Numbered from the stretch's first letter, positions 39,570-50,691 are shown. The stretch: 64,000 nt of DNA from Chloroflexota bacterium (GCA_964291655.2 OZ219801.1:672001-736000), one strand, 5' to 3'. Notes: generated by a model not told the origin, from the letters alone. Program-made: numbers and translations.

Positions 39570-42227
39570 GTGCGCACTGACGAAATTCGCCAACGCTTTC
39601 TCGACTATTTTGCAGAAAAAGAGCATCTTGTCATGCCGGGATCATCGCTCATTCCACAGAGCGATCCCAGCGTCTTGCTCACCAGTGCCGGCATGCAGCA
39701 ATTCAAGGACTATTACCTCGGCCTCGCAGATCCGCCACGGCCGCGCATTGCCACCGTCCAGAAGTGCCTGCGCACCGATGACATCGACGAGGTCGGCGAC
39801 CAGTCGCACCTCACCTTCTTCGAGATGCTGGGCAACTTTGCCTTTGGCGATTATTTCAAAGAAGAGGCCATCGCCTTTGCCTGGGAACTCGTGACCGAGC
39901 GCTTTCCCTTTGCCAAGGAGCAGGTGTGGGCAACCGTATTCGGCGGTGAAGATGACCTCGGCCCCGATGAATCTGCCGAGCGGGCGTGGCTGGCAGTCGG
40001 CGTGCCGCCGGAGCGCATAGTCCGTTACTCAGGCTGGAAAGAGAATTGGTGGGGCCCTACCGGTGATTCCGGCCCCTGCGGGCCGTGTTCGGAGATCCAT
40101 CTTGAGCTCGTGCCGAATACCGATGGTCACGACTGCCTGGGTCCGGCCTGCCCCTGCGGCCGCTTTCTTGAAATCTGGAACCTCGTGTTCAATCAGTATT
40201 TCTCACGTGCGAGCAACAGCAATCTCAGCGCCGACGCCCTGACACCTCTTGACAGCGTTGGCGTGGACACAGGGGCCGGTCTGGAACGCTGGGCCGTGGC
40301 GCTTCAGGGCGTTGCCACCCCGTACGATACGGACCTCTTCCAGCCGATCGTGCAGCAGGCGGCGCAGTTGCTCGGCTGCACCTACGGCGACCACGCGGAG
40401 CAAGACGTTGGCCTCCGCATCATATGCGAGCACGCGCGCGCTGCCGTCTTTCTGATTGGAGACGGCATCCTGCCGGGCAACGTGGGGCGTAGTTACGTGC
40501 TCCGCCGCCTGATCCGGCGCGCCATGCGCCACGCGTACCTGCTGGGCCGTCGGGAGCCCATGCTGGCCGCACTGTGCCGGACTGTCATCGCGCATATGGG
40601 TACAGCGTACCCTGACATACGTGCGCGCGAGGACTTCATTTTGCGCATGATCACGCAGGAGGAAGAGCGCTTCTTGCGCAACGTGAACCAGGGTCTGCCA
40701 ATTCTCTCTGGAATGCTGGAAGACGCGGAGCAAGTAGGCGGCACAATTCTCGGGGGAGCGGATGCGTTTCTGCTCCATGACTCGTACGGCTTTCCCATTG
40801 AGCTCACCCGAGAAGTCGCCGCCAGTCGCGGGATTATGGTGGATGAAGAAGCCTACCAAGCCGCGCTCCGCGAGCAGCAGGAACGCAGCCGCCAGAGCGC
40901 GCAATTCGAAATCGTGCAAAACCTGCCAACCGACTTTGCAGGCGTAGACTTCACTGGGTACGAAGCAACCACTGATACCGGCACCGTCGTCGGCATACAG
41001 CAAGGCGACGAGCGCGCCGGCAGGCTGGAAGCCGGAGAAGAGGGCGTCATTGTGCTTGACCGCACACCTTTCTATGCGGAAGGCGGCGGCCAGGTGGGAG
41101 ACACCGGGCGTATTGAGAACACTGATGGCATCTTCCGCGTGGAAAACACGTACTCGCCGCAACCCGGCCTCATCGCTCACCAGGGCCGTGTGACGGAAGG
41201 CGCGATCGTGGCTGATAGTTCGGTCTCGGCGACCGTCGACCAAGAGAGACGCGCCAACACCGCGCGCAACCATACGGCGACCCATCTCATGCACGCCGGC
41301 CTGCGCAGCGTGCTCGGAGACCACGTCCAGCAATCCGGGTCGCTGGTCGCGCCGGACCATCTGCGCTTCGACTTTTCCCACCCTGAGGCCCTTTCGCATC
41401 AGGAGATTGAGGAAGTCGAGAGACGCGTTAACACCCTCGTACAGTCAAACTTGCAATCAGAGATCGCACATCTGGAAACGTCGGAGGCGGTGGCCGCCGG
41501 CGCGCTGGCGCTCTTTGGCGAGAAATACGGCGAGACCGTGCGCGTTATCACTATCGGTGACGTGAGCAAAGAGCTCTGCGGCGGCACGCACGTCCCCGCC
41601 ACCGGTTCCATTGGACTCTTTGTAATCCAGAGTGAGTCTAGTATTGGCGCGGGCCTGCGCCGCATTGAGGCGCTTACGGGCCCCGCCGCTGTACGCCACG
41701 TTCAAGAGCAGAATGCTCTACTGCTCGACCTCTCCCACACCCTGGAAGCACCGCCGCAAGAGCTCGGCGAACGCACTGCCGCTTTGCGTGAGGAACTCGC
41801 CCAACAACGGCGAGAGATTGCACGTTTGGAGCGCGGGCAGGCAGGCCAACAGGTGGAGCATCTCATCGCCGCTGCCGAGGTCGTAGATGACATGAAGCTG
41901 GTCGTAGGACGCGTGGACGTTGCCAATGTCGAGAACTTCCGCGAACTCGGCGACAGGGTCAAGGATCGACTCGAGGGCTCCGGGGCATTGCTGCTCGGCT
42001 CCATCCTCAACGACCGCCCCCAGTTTCTCATTATGACAACCAAGGGTCTATCTCAGCGAGGCGTCCATGCCGGTAACCTCGTGCGCGCGGTTGGCAAAGT
42101 GGCAGGCGGCGGCGGCGGCGGCGGACCCGAAACGGCCCAGGCCGGCGGCCGCGACCCTGGAAAACTGGACGAGGCCCTGGCGAACGGCGCACAGCTCCTC
42201 CGGGAAGCAATGACAAGCGGCCGGTAG
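39570..42227 (+). CDS. alaS: Alanine--tRNA ligase
   Basis: HLTFFEMLGN, DTGAGLER, HTATH, ELCGGTH, GGGGGG. Confidence 0.98.
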   Translation: MRTDEIRQRFLDYFAEKEHLVMPGSSLIPQSDPSVLLTSAGMQQFKDYYLGLADPPRPRIATVQKCLRTDDIDEVGDQSHLTFFEMLGNFAFGDYFKEEAIAFAWELVTERFPFAKEQVWATVFGGEDDLGPDESAERAWLAVGVPPERIVRYSGWKENWWGPTGDSGPCGPCSEIHLELVPNTDGHDCLGPACPCGRFLEIWNLVFNQYFSRASNSNLSADALTPLDSVGVDTGAGLERWAVALQGVATPYDTDLFQPIVQQAAQLLGCTYGDHAEQDVGLRIICEHARAAVFLIGDGILPGNVGRSYVLRRLIRRAMRHAYLLGRREPMLAALCRTVIAHMGTAYPDIRAREDFILRMITQEEERFLRNVNQGLPILSGMLEDAEQVGGTILGGADAFLLHDSYGFPIELTREVAASRGIMVDEEAYQAALREQQERSRQSAQFEIVQNLPTDFAGVDFTGYEATTDTGTVVGIQQGDERAGRLEAGEEGVIVLDRTPFYAEGGGQVGDTGRIENTDGIFRVENTYSPQPGLIAHQGRVTEGAIVADSSVSATVDQERRANTARNHTATHLMHAGLRSVLGDHVQQSGSLVAPDHLRFDFSHPEALSHQEIEEVERRVNTLVQSNLQSEIAHLETSEAVAAGALALFGEKYGETVRVITIGDVSKELCGGTHVPATGSIGLFVIQSESSIGAGLRRIEALTGPAAVRHVQEQNALLLDLSHTLEAPPQELGERTAALREELAQQRREIARLERGQAGQQVEHLIAAAEVVDDMKLVVGRVDVANVENFRELGDRVKDRLEGSGALLLGSILNDRPQFLIMTTKGLSQRGVHAGNLVRAVGKVAGGGGGGGPETAQAGGRDPGKLDEALANGAQLLREAMTSGR

Positions 42228-42339
42228 CTGTGTTCCTGATTTTCTCCGCCTAACGACACATCTTGTCAAAACCTCCCCATTTCAGGCATCGTAGAGAATG
42301 AGTTGAATGAAAAGCACTTGACTTGCAAGGAGTTTCAGC

Positions 42340-43560
42340 ATGTCATTGTCCGCAGAAGAACAAGCGTTATTGAGTGGTGAGAAGCGCAACCTGCCGTTCC
42401 TACCGGCGCTGGGCGGCTGGTACAACGAAGAAGAGGTGGAAGCCCTGACCCAAGCGCTCCGCGAGAGCATGGATTGGAAAGTCGGCTTTACCGGCAACGA
42501 CATTACGGAGTTTGAACGGGAATTTGCCGAGTATTGCGACGTAAAGTACGCCTATGCTGTGAATTCTTGTGGCACGGGTCTCGATGGGGCGATGCAGGCG
42601 CTGAACCTCGGCCCGGAAGATGAAGTGATCGTACCGGCCATTACATACATCGCGACCGCCCAGGCGGCAGTCGGCGTAGGCGCGAAAATCGTGTTGGCCG
42701 AGTGCCACCCGGATACTTTCAACATCGATCCCAACGACGTGGAACGCCGCATGACGGCAAACACCCGCGCCATCATGCCCGTCCACAATAACGGTCTCTC
42801 TGCCGACATGGACGCCCTGGCAGATATTGCCGAACGACACCCCCACCCCACGCACGGCCCGCCCCCCGTGGTCGGCGATGCCGCTCGTGCCGCCGGCGGC
42901 GGCTACAAGGGCACCCGCGTCGGCAAGAAGGGCGCCATGAATATCTTCAGCTTCCAGACCACCAAAAACATGACCACCCTTGGCGAGGGCGGCATGGTGA
43001 CGACGGATGATGACGATTACGCGGCCTACATCAATAGCAGCCGCTCGTTTGGCTGGGGATTGAAGGGCTGGGGTACAAACTACCGCCTGACCAAGCTGCA
43101 GGCCGTCGCCGGTAGAATCCAGCTTGCGCGGCTCGACGAGATGAACGACCTGCGCCGCGACCGTGCGTTGTTACTCTCCGAGTGTCTGGCCGATGCGCCC
43201 GGTGTCATTGTTCCCCAAACCCCAGCAGGTTACGATCACGTGTGGTACGGCTATACGGTCATGCTGGAATCTGAGTGGGCCGGTGAGCCGCGCGATAAGG
43301 CTTTAGAGCACATGCAGTCCGAGTACGGCGTTGGCGGTGGCATTATGAACGCCGCTCTTCCCGACTACGACTCCATTTTGAATAAGATGGGCCACAAGCC
43401 GGAGGACGTGCCCGTATCGACCGATCTTGGTCGGCGTCTCTTCTGCCCCTCGCTCCATCCGTTGATGAGCGACGACGACGTAGCGTACGTCGCGGCCTCC
43501 ATCAAGGCGAGCATGGAGACAGTGGCGGGGACTGTTGGCGCCGCTGCGGTTGCGCTGTAA
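42340..43560 (+). CDS. DegT/DnrJ/EryC1/StrS family PLP aminotransferase
   Basis: NSCGTGL, DAA, SFQTTKNMTTLGEGGM, TNYRL. Confidence 0.92.
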   Translation: MSLSAEEQALLSGEKRNLPFLPALGGWYNEEEVEALTQALRESMDWKVGFTGNDITEFEREFAEYCDVKYAYAVNSCGTGLDGAMQALNLGPEDEVIVPAITYIATAQAAVGVGAKIVLAECHPDTFNIDPNDVERRMTANTRAIMPVHNNGLSADMDALADIAERHPHPTHGPPPVVGDAARAAGGGYKGTRVGKKGAMNIFSFQTTKNMTTLGEGGMVTTDDDDYAAYINSSRSFGWGLKGWGTNYRLTKLQAVAGRIQLARLDEMNDLRRDRALLLSECLADAPGVIVPQTPAGYDHVWYGYTVMLESEWAGEPRDKALEHMQSEYGVGGGIMNAALPDYDSILNKMGHKPEDVPVSTDLGRRLFCPSLHPLMSDDDVAYVAASIKASMETVAGTVGAAAVAL

Positions 43561-43854
43561 GGCGCATCTCGTCGCGGTACAAGCAGCGCGTTGAGAATTA
43601 GAGCAGAATTGAAGATAGGGAGGGATGAAGATTGCATCAGCGCCCCTCCCTATCTGTTTGCGTGGCACAGAGTGTCGCACGAGACGCCGCACCGGGCCCG
43701 TGCTCTCCGGCGTAGTTGCGTCTGCATACCGATTGCTCTACATTTGGGAAAGAGCCCTTTCCCAAGCCTGCTCACGCGAGTAGCCTTGAAAGCAATGCCG
43801 GAAACGCCTTGCTCCGTGATCGCAGTGTGAAGTGCAAAAGGACGACCTAGCGCA

Positions 43855-44616
43855 GTGATGCTCGTATTCAATGTCTGGCGCAGAGCGCTGGGCATGCACT
43901 ACTTCGAGTTCTTCACCGTCATCAGAGGCAATATCCTCTGGGCGCTCTTCTGTCTTCCGTACGCGCTCTATAGCTACCTCGCATTCCTGCAGGTCTCCGC
44001 GGACGCCGCGGAAACCGCCCAGGAAACCTCGCCGATCTTTCTGGGCATTTCGTACACTATCGCCTCGCTAGTGCTGCTTGCGCTTGCCGGTCCTGCTACT
44101 GCAGCACTCTACGATTTCGCCGCCAAGTCGCTGGCCGGCGAAACTGTAAACATGCGGATCTACTGGCAGAGCTTCAAGACTCTCTTCGTTAAGGGCTATC
44201 TGTTGGCAGCGGTCAATCTCTTGATCCTCGCGGCGCTCGTGCTCAACACCTGGTTTTACCTCACGGCAGACATTCCCCAACTCATGCGTGCTCTCAGCAT
44301 CGTCTTCTTCTGGGGTATTGTGTTCTGGGTGGCTATTCAGCCGTACTTGTTCTCGGTAATGATTCGTCTCGAGACCTCAGTGCTGCAGACGTTTCGTAAC
44401 GCCGTCTTGTTGGCGCTCGACAACCTCGGCGTCACGATCAGCCTGATCGGTGTGCAAATCGTGATGCTATTCTTTTTCATTCCCCTCTTTGCCATTGCGT
44501 ATCCGGTCTTGGGCGGCTCGATCTTCGCCCACACGCACGTGGGAGTCCTGAACGAACTCCTTGATCGTTACGACGAGAAGCAGAACGCCGGCGAAGCCAC
44601 GCAGAGCGAATCGTGA
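43855..44616 (+). CDS. YesL/DUF624-like integral membrane protein
   Basis: GPATAALY motif, multiple TMs, upstream of a sugar ABC ATPase. Confidence 0.65.
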   Translation: MMLVFNVWRRALGMHYFEFFTVIRGNILWALFCLPYALYSYLAFLQVSADAAETAQETSPIFLGISYTIASLVLLALAGPATAALYDFAAKSLAGETVNMRIYWQSFKTLFVKGYLLAAVNLLILAALVLNTWFYLTADIPQLMRALSIVFFWGIVFWVAIQPYLFSVMIRLETSVLQTFRNAVLLALDNLGVTISLIGVQIVMLFFFIPLFAIAYPVLGGSIFAHTHVGVLNELLDRYDEKQNAGEATQSES

Positions 44617-44626
44617 GGAGGATGCA

Positions 44627-45799
44627 ATGGCAAGCCTCACTCTAGAGGGCGCTACCAAGACCTACAAGCGGCCAAGCCCTTTCTCCTGGAAAGGCATGAT
44701 CGGGCGGTTCAGAGGCGGGGAAGCTGACGACCTGGTCCTCCCCGACGCTGATGGATCCGAAGACGACCTGATTTATGCGCTCAACGGGATCGATCTCCAA
44801 ATCGACGATGGCGAGTCGCTGAGCGTGCTCGGGCCTTCAGGCTGTGGAAAAACCGCGTTGCTACGCGTTCTAGCCGGCCTGGAAATACTGGATGAAGGCA
44901 AGGTGCTTTTCGATGGAGAAGACGTAACCACCGTCGGCCCGCAGGACCGCAACGTTGCCATGGTATTTCAAGACTACGCCCTGTACCCCCACTGGCAGTC
45001 AGAGGATAACTTGGGCTTCTTCTTTCAAATGCACCAGCGCAAGCACGAGATTCCCGAGCGTATACGCATTACCGCGCGGGTCATGGGACTCGGCTTCGAA
45101 ACGCTTCTCAGCCAGAAGCCGCCGAAGCTCTCCGGCGGACAACAGCAGCGCGTAGCAATCGCGCGCGCGATTATTCGGGACCCACGGACATTCCTCTTCG
45201 ATGAGCCGCTCTCGAACCTGGACGCTACGGTGCGCGCCCGTACCCGCGTCGAGATACGACGCCTGATACAGCGATTCGGCATAACGTCAGTCTACGTTAC
45301 CCACGACCAATCAGAGGCATTCACGATGGGCGACCGCATTGCCGTAATGCATGAGGGCCGCATCTTGCAGGTTGATACCCGCCACCAACTTATCGAGCGC
45401 CCGCTCAACCTCTTCGTCGCCGACTTCATTACGGTGCCGGCCATGAATCTGCTGCCCGGCGTCGTGTATAGAGAGTACGTGGAGATCCACGACCGCAAGA
45501 TTACGCCGCCGCCAATCGTGCTGCAACAATATCAGGCCGAACGGGTCACCATCGGCATTCGGCCAACAGACGTTGTGCTGCGATCCGAAAATGAGGAGGA
45601 CACGATTCCGGCCAAGATCGAAACCGTGGAACCGCTCATGAGCGATCGCGCAGTACTGCTCACAGTGCGCGTAGGGCGGTACACCTACCGCATTCAACGC
45701 CCCCAGACCGAACATCACGAGCCCGATACGCTCATCTTCATGGACGTGCCCCCGCACTGCCAGCACGTTTTCGATAGCAAGGGACGGCGCGTAAACTAG
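44627..45799 (+). CDS. Sugar ABC transporter ATP-binding protein (MalK/UgpC-like)
   Basis: [30 protein letters not shown]; ATG after AGGAGG. Confidence 0.93.
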   Translation: MASLTLEGATKTYKRPSPFSWKGMIGRFRGGEADDLVLPDADGSEDDLIYALNGIDLQIDDGESLSVLGPSGCGKTALLRVLAGLEILDEGKVLFDGEDVTTVGPQDRNVAMVFQDYALYPHWQSEDNLGFFFQMHQRKHEIPERIRITARVMGLGFETLLSQKPPKLSGGQQQRVAIARAIIRDPRTFLFDEPLSNLDATVRARTRVEIRRLIQRFGITSVYVTHDQSEAFTMGDRIAVMHEGRILQVDTRHQLIERPLNLFVADFITVPAMNLLPGVVYREYVEIHDRKITPPPIVLQQYQAERVTIGIRPTDVVLRSENEEDTIPAKIETVEPLMSDRAVLLTVRVGRYTYRIQRPQTEHHEPDTLIFMDVPPHCQHVFDSKGRRVN

Positions 45800-45900
45800 C
45801 ATGCCGGGCGGCCAATTCCAGAGCCTATTCCTTCATCGACCCAGCGAATTCCTGGTGCCTACGTCTAATCGAAGCTGGAGCAATCGGAACTCCCACCCGA

Positions 45901-45932
45901 CCTCTGGATTCCGGCTTGCGCCGGAATGACGG
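45901..45932 (-). repeat. CGTC-type REP element
   Basis: Minus strand CCGTCATTCCGGCGCAAGCCGGAATCCAGAGG palindrome. Confidence 0.7.
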
Positions 45933-46141
45933 ACTCATTCGATCCACCTTCAGCGGGCAAGGCTCAATCTGACTGAGCCAGTCTCCGTAGCTCCAACCCA
46001 GACGTGTATTCACGAGTCTTAGTGGTTCGACACTTTTGCATCTATGGGTAGCGAATGTTCGCACGGGACGTGCGCGTAAACCTGGGCCGTCTCCCCGCGC
46101 TGTCGCTTACACCTACCCATCATTACAATGCACTTGGCCAC

Positions 46142-47128
46142 TTAGTCGTATTTCAAGAGGACGCCCAGGAATTCATCCTTGCGATCGCGCAGGCCCTCGT
46201 AGGCCGTTTGCCCCTCGGTGTACGGCAACACGTGTGTAATGAGGGGATCCACGTTAATGCGTCCGCTTGCCAGCAGCGACCAGAGTAACGGGATGTCCTG
46301 CTCGCGCGTCGCGGCATCTACCGTGCTGGCATGCGCACCGATGAGGTGCACGCCCGTGCGATGGATGTCAAAGTAGGGATCGAGTTCCAGCTTATCCCGT
46401 GGACTCCCCAGCAGCACGACGCGCCCGTGGTTTGCCGCAGCTTTGATTGCTAAGTCGATTGTCGGCCCACTCCCCACGGCCTCAACCACGAAATTCGCAC
46501 CACGCGGGCCAAGTTCCGGCAGCCATTCAGAAAGCGGCTTTTCACTCAAGTTGAATGTCAAGTCCACACCGCACGCCTGCGCTTGCGCCAGGCGAGGCGC
46601 CGCAAGGTCCGCGGCTGCGACCTGACCGGCTCCCGCCAACCCGCAAAGCTGCGCACAGAGATTGCCCACCAGACCCATACCGATCACAAGTACGTTTTCA
46701 CCAAAGTAGACTGGTGCTTGCCGTATCGCCGACAATGCAATTTGCAGCATAGATAAGAACGGCGCGTGAGAATCGTGCACTCCTTCCGGCACGGGCAGCA
46801 CGGCATCATGACTGAGAAGCGCGTGCGTGGCGTGGCGGCCCCGATGAAAGACGCGTGCCCCGGGGGCGAGATTGGTCACGCCATCGCCAACCGCCAGTAC
46901 CTCGCCCACAGCGGCATAACCCGGCCGAAACGGGAACTTGGCATAAGCAAAATCAGGCTCAGCGAAGCCCCGATGCGTCTCCGTGAACATGGCAAGCTCC
47001 GTGCCCGCGCTGATCAGCGAGAACCGGTTCCGTACCAAGACTTCACTGGTGCCTGGTTCGTCTGAGATGGCCAGAGTCTCTGCGACGCAGGTATCTCTGC
47101 TTGGAAAGACTAGCACCTGAGTTTCCAT
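46142..47128 (-). CDS. Medium-chain (zinc-binding-like) alcohol dehydrogenase
   Basis: SLISAGTE, PGY, GMGLVG, EAVG, LITH. Confidence 0.88.
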   Translation of the reverse strand: METQVLVFPSRDTCVAETLAISDEPGTSEVLVRNRFSLISAGTELAMFTETHRGFAEPDFAYAKFPFRPGYAAVGEVLAVGDGVTNLAPGARVFHRGRHATHALLSHDAVLPVPEGVHDSHAPFLSMLQIALSAIRQAPVYFGENVLVIGMGLVGNLCAQLCGLAGAGQVAAADLAAPRLAQAQACGVDLTFNLSEKPLSEWLPELGPRGANFVVEAVGSGPTIDLAIKAAANHGRVVLLGSPRDKLELDPYFDIHRTGVHLIGAHASTVDAATREQDIPLLWSLLASGRINVDPLITHVLPYTEGQTAYEGLRDRKDEFLGVLLKYD

Positions 47129-47337
47129 GTGCGCTCCTCTATTGCTGTTGCCTCACTTTGGATGAAACCACGGTCGGCCCCGCGCGCCAGGCGTCGAAAC
47201 ACAGACTATGCGGTCATGATGCCGGCCTAGCCCAGTGCAGCCTAGGCGTTAACTGTTGCTGTGACCGCTTGACCTAACCGCACGATACTCCGTTGCCACT
47301 GGGAATCGTAGCGCGCAACCTGCATTGCGGCAACAGT

Positions 47338-47667
47338 CTAATGGGCGCGCTCTATGAGCCGTGTGAGATTGGCAAGGTGCTCATGGAGCTTGGCGCGACC
47401 TCGCGCACTCAGAGAATACCAAGTTACCGGCCGACGGTCGCGGAAGGTCTTCTCGACTGCAACATAGCCACCATCTTCCAGCTTGCGCAGATGCGTCCCG
47501 AGGTTGCCGTCCGTTTCGGCGAGAACTTGCTTGAGACGGCTGAAAGACATGAATTCATGCTTAGAGAGCAAAACACAGACTGCGAGTCGCACCCGATGCT
47601 CAAGCAGACCGCCGAGTGACGCCAATTCTTCAAGACTGGCGATGTCTGGATCAGCTCGTCTGGGCAC
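47338..47667 (-). CDS. Winged-helix transcriptional regulator (ArsR/MarR-like, HTH_34)
   Basis: HRVRL...SFSRLK....TDGNLGTHLRKLED.GYV. Confidence 0.88.
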   Translation of the reverse strand: MPRRADPDIASLEELASLGGLLEHRVRLAVCVLLSKHEFMSFSRLKQVLAETDGNLGTHLRKLEDGGYVAVEKTFRDRRPVTWYSLSARGRAKLHEHLANLTRLIERAH

Positions 47668-48220
47668 GCGGTGTCACTCCAAGATAGCCCAGCGTCAATA
47701 GCGCCACAGCAAACAAGACCCCGGTAATTGTCCACCCATAGTCAGGTACGAACAGGGTGATGGCATAGCCTACCCCCGCCACCAGGCCTACTGCCAGCAA
47801 ACGACGGTCCAGGTGCAAACCGGCGAGAGAGTACGTTAATGCCAGCAACAGCAGCCAGATTGAACTATAGCCGGACCACGTTAGCTGTTCTGTTGCGACC
47901 AATACGCTACAAAGCAGACCAACCCCTAGAAATGACAGCCAATGCAGGGCCCACCGGATGCCTTCCCAGCTATCCGCCTGGCCGACACTCCGGCTATGGC
48001 GTATGCCCAACCATGCCGAAATCACAACACCAAGCGGCGCCGCTACTGTCCAGTACCATCCAATCCAGCGAGGGTCACTGGCGAAATCTACCAGGGCAAA
48101 ACCAATGAGCGCAACGGCCGCCCAAAAGACAAAGGTAGCCGTAGGCTGACCGGGCCCAGATCGCTGTGCCACGGCGCGAACGTACGCTACGTCCTCTCTA
48201 AGTTTATCTGTATCCGACAT
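47651..48220 (-). CDS. Six-TM membrane protein co-transcribed with the regulator
   Basis: AAGGAG RBS, hydrophobic helices, overlaps the regulator start. Confidence 0.75.
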   Translation of the reverse strand: MSDTDKLREDVAYVRAVAQRSGPGQPTATFVFWAAVALIGFALVDFASDPRWIGWYWTVAAPLGVVISAWLGIRHSRSVGQADSWEGIRWALHWLSFLGVGLLCSVLVATEQLTWSGYSSIWLLLLALTYSLAGLHLDRRLLAVGLVAGVGYAITLFVPDYGWTITGVLFAVALLTLGYLGVTPRAQTS

Positions 48221-48261
48221 GACAATCTCCTTTGAATCACATACTACTCCTATATGATGTG

Positions 48262-48298
48262 TACTCTGCATTATAGAGTATATAGCTCAACGTGTCAA
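48262..48298 (-). promoter_or_regulatory. Consensus sigma70 promoter with overlapping palindromic operator
   Basis: TTGACA-17-TATAAT on the minus strand; TACTCT-N7-AGAGTA spans the -10. Confidence 0.8.
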
Positions 48299-48353
48299 GG
48301 GTGAGTCCGATCCGTGAGCTATGAAATGGGGAATCTATACCCGCGAATACCGC

Positions 48354-50159
48354 CTAATCTACGACCCTCTCCACGTATTCCAACGACTGGTGCCGGAAGT
48401 AGGTGTCGTAGAGTCCGGCGTAGTGGCCGCCGGCGGCTAAGAGTGTTTGGTGGGTGCCTTCTTCTAATATGCGGCCGCTGTCCAAGACGAGGATGCGGTC
48501 GGCGTGCTGCACCGTGTACAGGCGGTGCGCAATGACGATGGACGTGCGGTCGCGCATGATAGCCTCTATGCCGTCTTGGATCTGGACTTCGGTAAATGGG
48601 TCCACGCTTGCCGTAGCCTCATCCAGAATGAAAACTGCCGGGTCGTGCAGCATGACGCGCGCCAGCGCTACAAGTTGACGCTGGCCCATGGAAAGGCGCC
48701 CGCCGCGCTCGCCGACGTCCGATTCCAGCCCGTTCGGCAAGTCGGCAAGCCAGTCTCCTCCCGCAATGTGCTCCACCGCGCGCAGCACGTCCGCCTCATT
48801 GGCATCCGGTTTGCCGTAGCGGACATTCTCCTCCACGGTACCGCTAAAGAGAAATGGAGATTGCGGCACGATGCCGATCTGCCGACGATAGGATGGCAGG
48901 TTGAACGTGCGGATGTCACGCCCGTCGACCAGCAGTTGGCCCTCCTGAAACTCATAGAAACGCGCCACCAGCCGCACAATGCTCGTCTTGCCGGAACCGG
49001 TGTGACCGACCAATGCAAGGGACTCGCCCGCGTGTATCGATAGATTGAAGTCGGGGAGTACGGTCTCTGTTGGCAGGTAGCTGAAGTTGACATTTCTAAA
49101 CTCAAACCCGCCCTGAACATTTTGAGCGGAAATGTCGTCGGTCTGCACCACTCGTGATTCTGCGTCTATCAACCCGAATACCCGCTCACTGGCAGAGAGG
49201 CCGTTCTGGAATTGGCTCCAGAACGAAGCGATTTGCGTAAGGGGAAACCAAAAGAACATGAGCGCTTGGATAAAGAGGTACCAATCGCCCACGCTCATAG
49301 TGCCGGAGGCCGTGTTCAAACCGCCGAAGTAGACGATGACTGCTGTGCCGATGCCGGCGGTGGCGTTAAAGACGGGGAAAAAGGTATTCAGCACTATTCC
49401 CTGACGAAAATTAACTCGATACGCCTGTTCGTTAATGCGGACAAAGTCATCGTGCACGGCCTTCTCTTGGCGAAAGACCTTGGCTACGGCAATACCGCTA
49501 ATTGACTCCTCGATGTGCGCGTTCACCCGCGCCATAATGCGTCGCGAGTGCAGCGACGTTTCGCGGGCAATGCGCCGGAATAGGAGCGAAATGGCTGCCA
49601 CGAACGGCGCCATTGCCAAAGTAATTAACCCCAGCTGAAAGTTGATGAACAGCAGCACACCCCCCATAAGCAACACCAGCATGGCTTGGCTGATGAGATT
49701 CATCGTCAGGGAGACCGTTTCCGCAAAGCCGTCGGTATCGGATGAAACGCGGCTTACCAGCTTGCCGGTCGGCTGGTCGTCAAAGAATGAGAGATCGTGC
49801 CCCATGGTTGCATTGAAAGCGTCCTCTCGAATCTTGAGCGTCACGTTCCCAATTGCCGTGGCGCCAAGCCACTGCCGGAGGAAGTTCAAACCCCATGAGA
49901 CGCTGCTCAAAAGCAGAATGGAAATGATGAGAAGCACCATTACCTGCGTGGCGGGATTGGCGATGACAAGGTCGATCCCGCGTGAAATGAGGATAGGTAC
50001 CGCGGTATCGGTAAGCGAGCCCACGAATACCGCGAGCGCAACAATCAGCATGGGGCGTGCTTGCGGGCGAAAGTAGTTGATGATGCGGCGCAGCAGCGCG
50101 CGGTCGCTATACTCGCGATCGTACGCATCCGCATCCAGCCCGTCCATTACAAAGCCCAT
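48354..50159 (-). CDS. ABC exporter fused permease/ATPase (heterodimer subunit B)
   Basis: 6-TM domain, GHTGSGKT, LSMGQRQ, LDEAT. Confidence 0.94.
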   Translation of the reverse strand: MGFVMDGLDADAYDREYSDRALLRRIINYFRPQARPMLIVALAVFVGSLTDTAVPILISRGIDLVIANPATQVMVLLIISILLLSSVSWGLNFLRQWLGATAIGNVTLKIREDAFNATMGHDLSFFDDQPTGKLVSRVSSDTDGFAETVSLTMNLISQAMLVLLMGGVLLFINFQLGLITLAMAPFVAAISLLFRRIARETSLHSRRIMARVNAHIEESISGIAVAKVFRQEKAVHDDFVRINEQAYRVNFRQGIVLNTFFPVFNATAGIGTAVIVYFGGLNTASGTMSVGDWYLFIQALMFFWFPLTQIASFWSQFQNGLSASERVFGLIDAESRVVQTDDISAQNVQGGFEFRNVNFSYLPTETVLPDFNLSIHAGESLALVGHTGSGKTSIVRLVARFYEFQEGQLLVDGRDIRTFNLPSYRRQIGIVPQSPFLFSGTVEENVRYGKPDANEADVLRAVEHIAGGDWLADLPNGLESDVGERGGRLSMGQRQLVALARVMLHDPAVFILDEATASVDPFTEVQIQDGIEAIMRDRTSIVIAHRLYTVQHADRILVLDSGRILEEGTHQTLLAAGGHYAGLYDTYFRHQSLEYVERVVD

Positions 50160-50216
50160 TGGTTAGTCCTCATCGGAAGTGCGGAATAGAAAGTGTCAGC
50201 GGTCTCAGGCTCAGGG

Positions 50217-50627
50217 AAGCGCGGGGGCTTGTCCCCCGCTCCGGGCGCAGCCACGCGAGGAGAAGCGGATGGATTTCCGATTTCACGGGAATGACGGATC
50301 GGGGTGCACCCTCTCTCATCGCCAAGATGCATTCAATGCGGCTTAACCTTGCCATACCTGTGCGGGACACTCCGGCACGTAGCGCGGGGGCTTGTCCCCC
50401 GCTCTTTGAGTTTCGCACATGCCTCAGGGAAGATGGATTACCGCTTTCGCGGGAATGACGAATCTGGGGTACACCCTCTCTCATCAACAAGATGTGTTCG
50501 ATGCGGCTAAACCTCGCCTTACCTGTGCGGGACACTCCGGTACGTAGCGCGGGGGGCTTGTCCCCCGCTCTTGGCACATCGTACGTCTCGAAGATCGGAT
50601 AGTTTCCCGTTTTCGCGGGAATGACGG
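50217..50627. repeat. BIME-like array, ~164-bp units with GTAG-type and CGTC-type REPs
   Basis: Three AGCGCGGGGGCTTGTCCCCCGCTC hairpins (two with intact GTAG) and three TTTC(A/G)CGGGAATGACG units. Confidence 0.85.
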
Positions 50628-50691
50628 CAATTGAAACGGCTTACCCGAGCTACAATGCCGTCTCCTTGTGCCGCGATTCTACTCATATCTA

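Noticed and set aside
40203-41399. Long antisense ORFs (also 11000-11944, 17437-18369, 28541-29554)
   Set aside because: Shadows of well-supported genes, common in GC-rich DNA
50170-50577. 135-aa ORF over the repeat array
   Set aside because: Translation of REP repeats with no protein motifs
50217-50627. CRISPR array
   Set aside because: Repeats are long, composite and REP-like, there are only 3 units, and no cas genes are present
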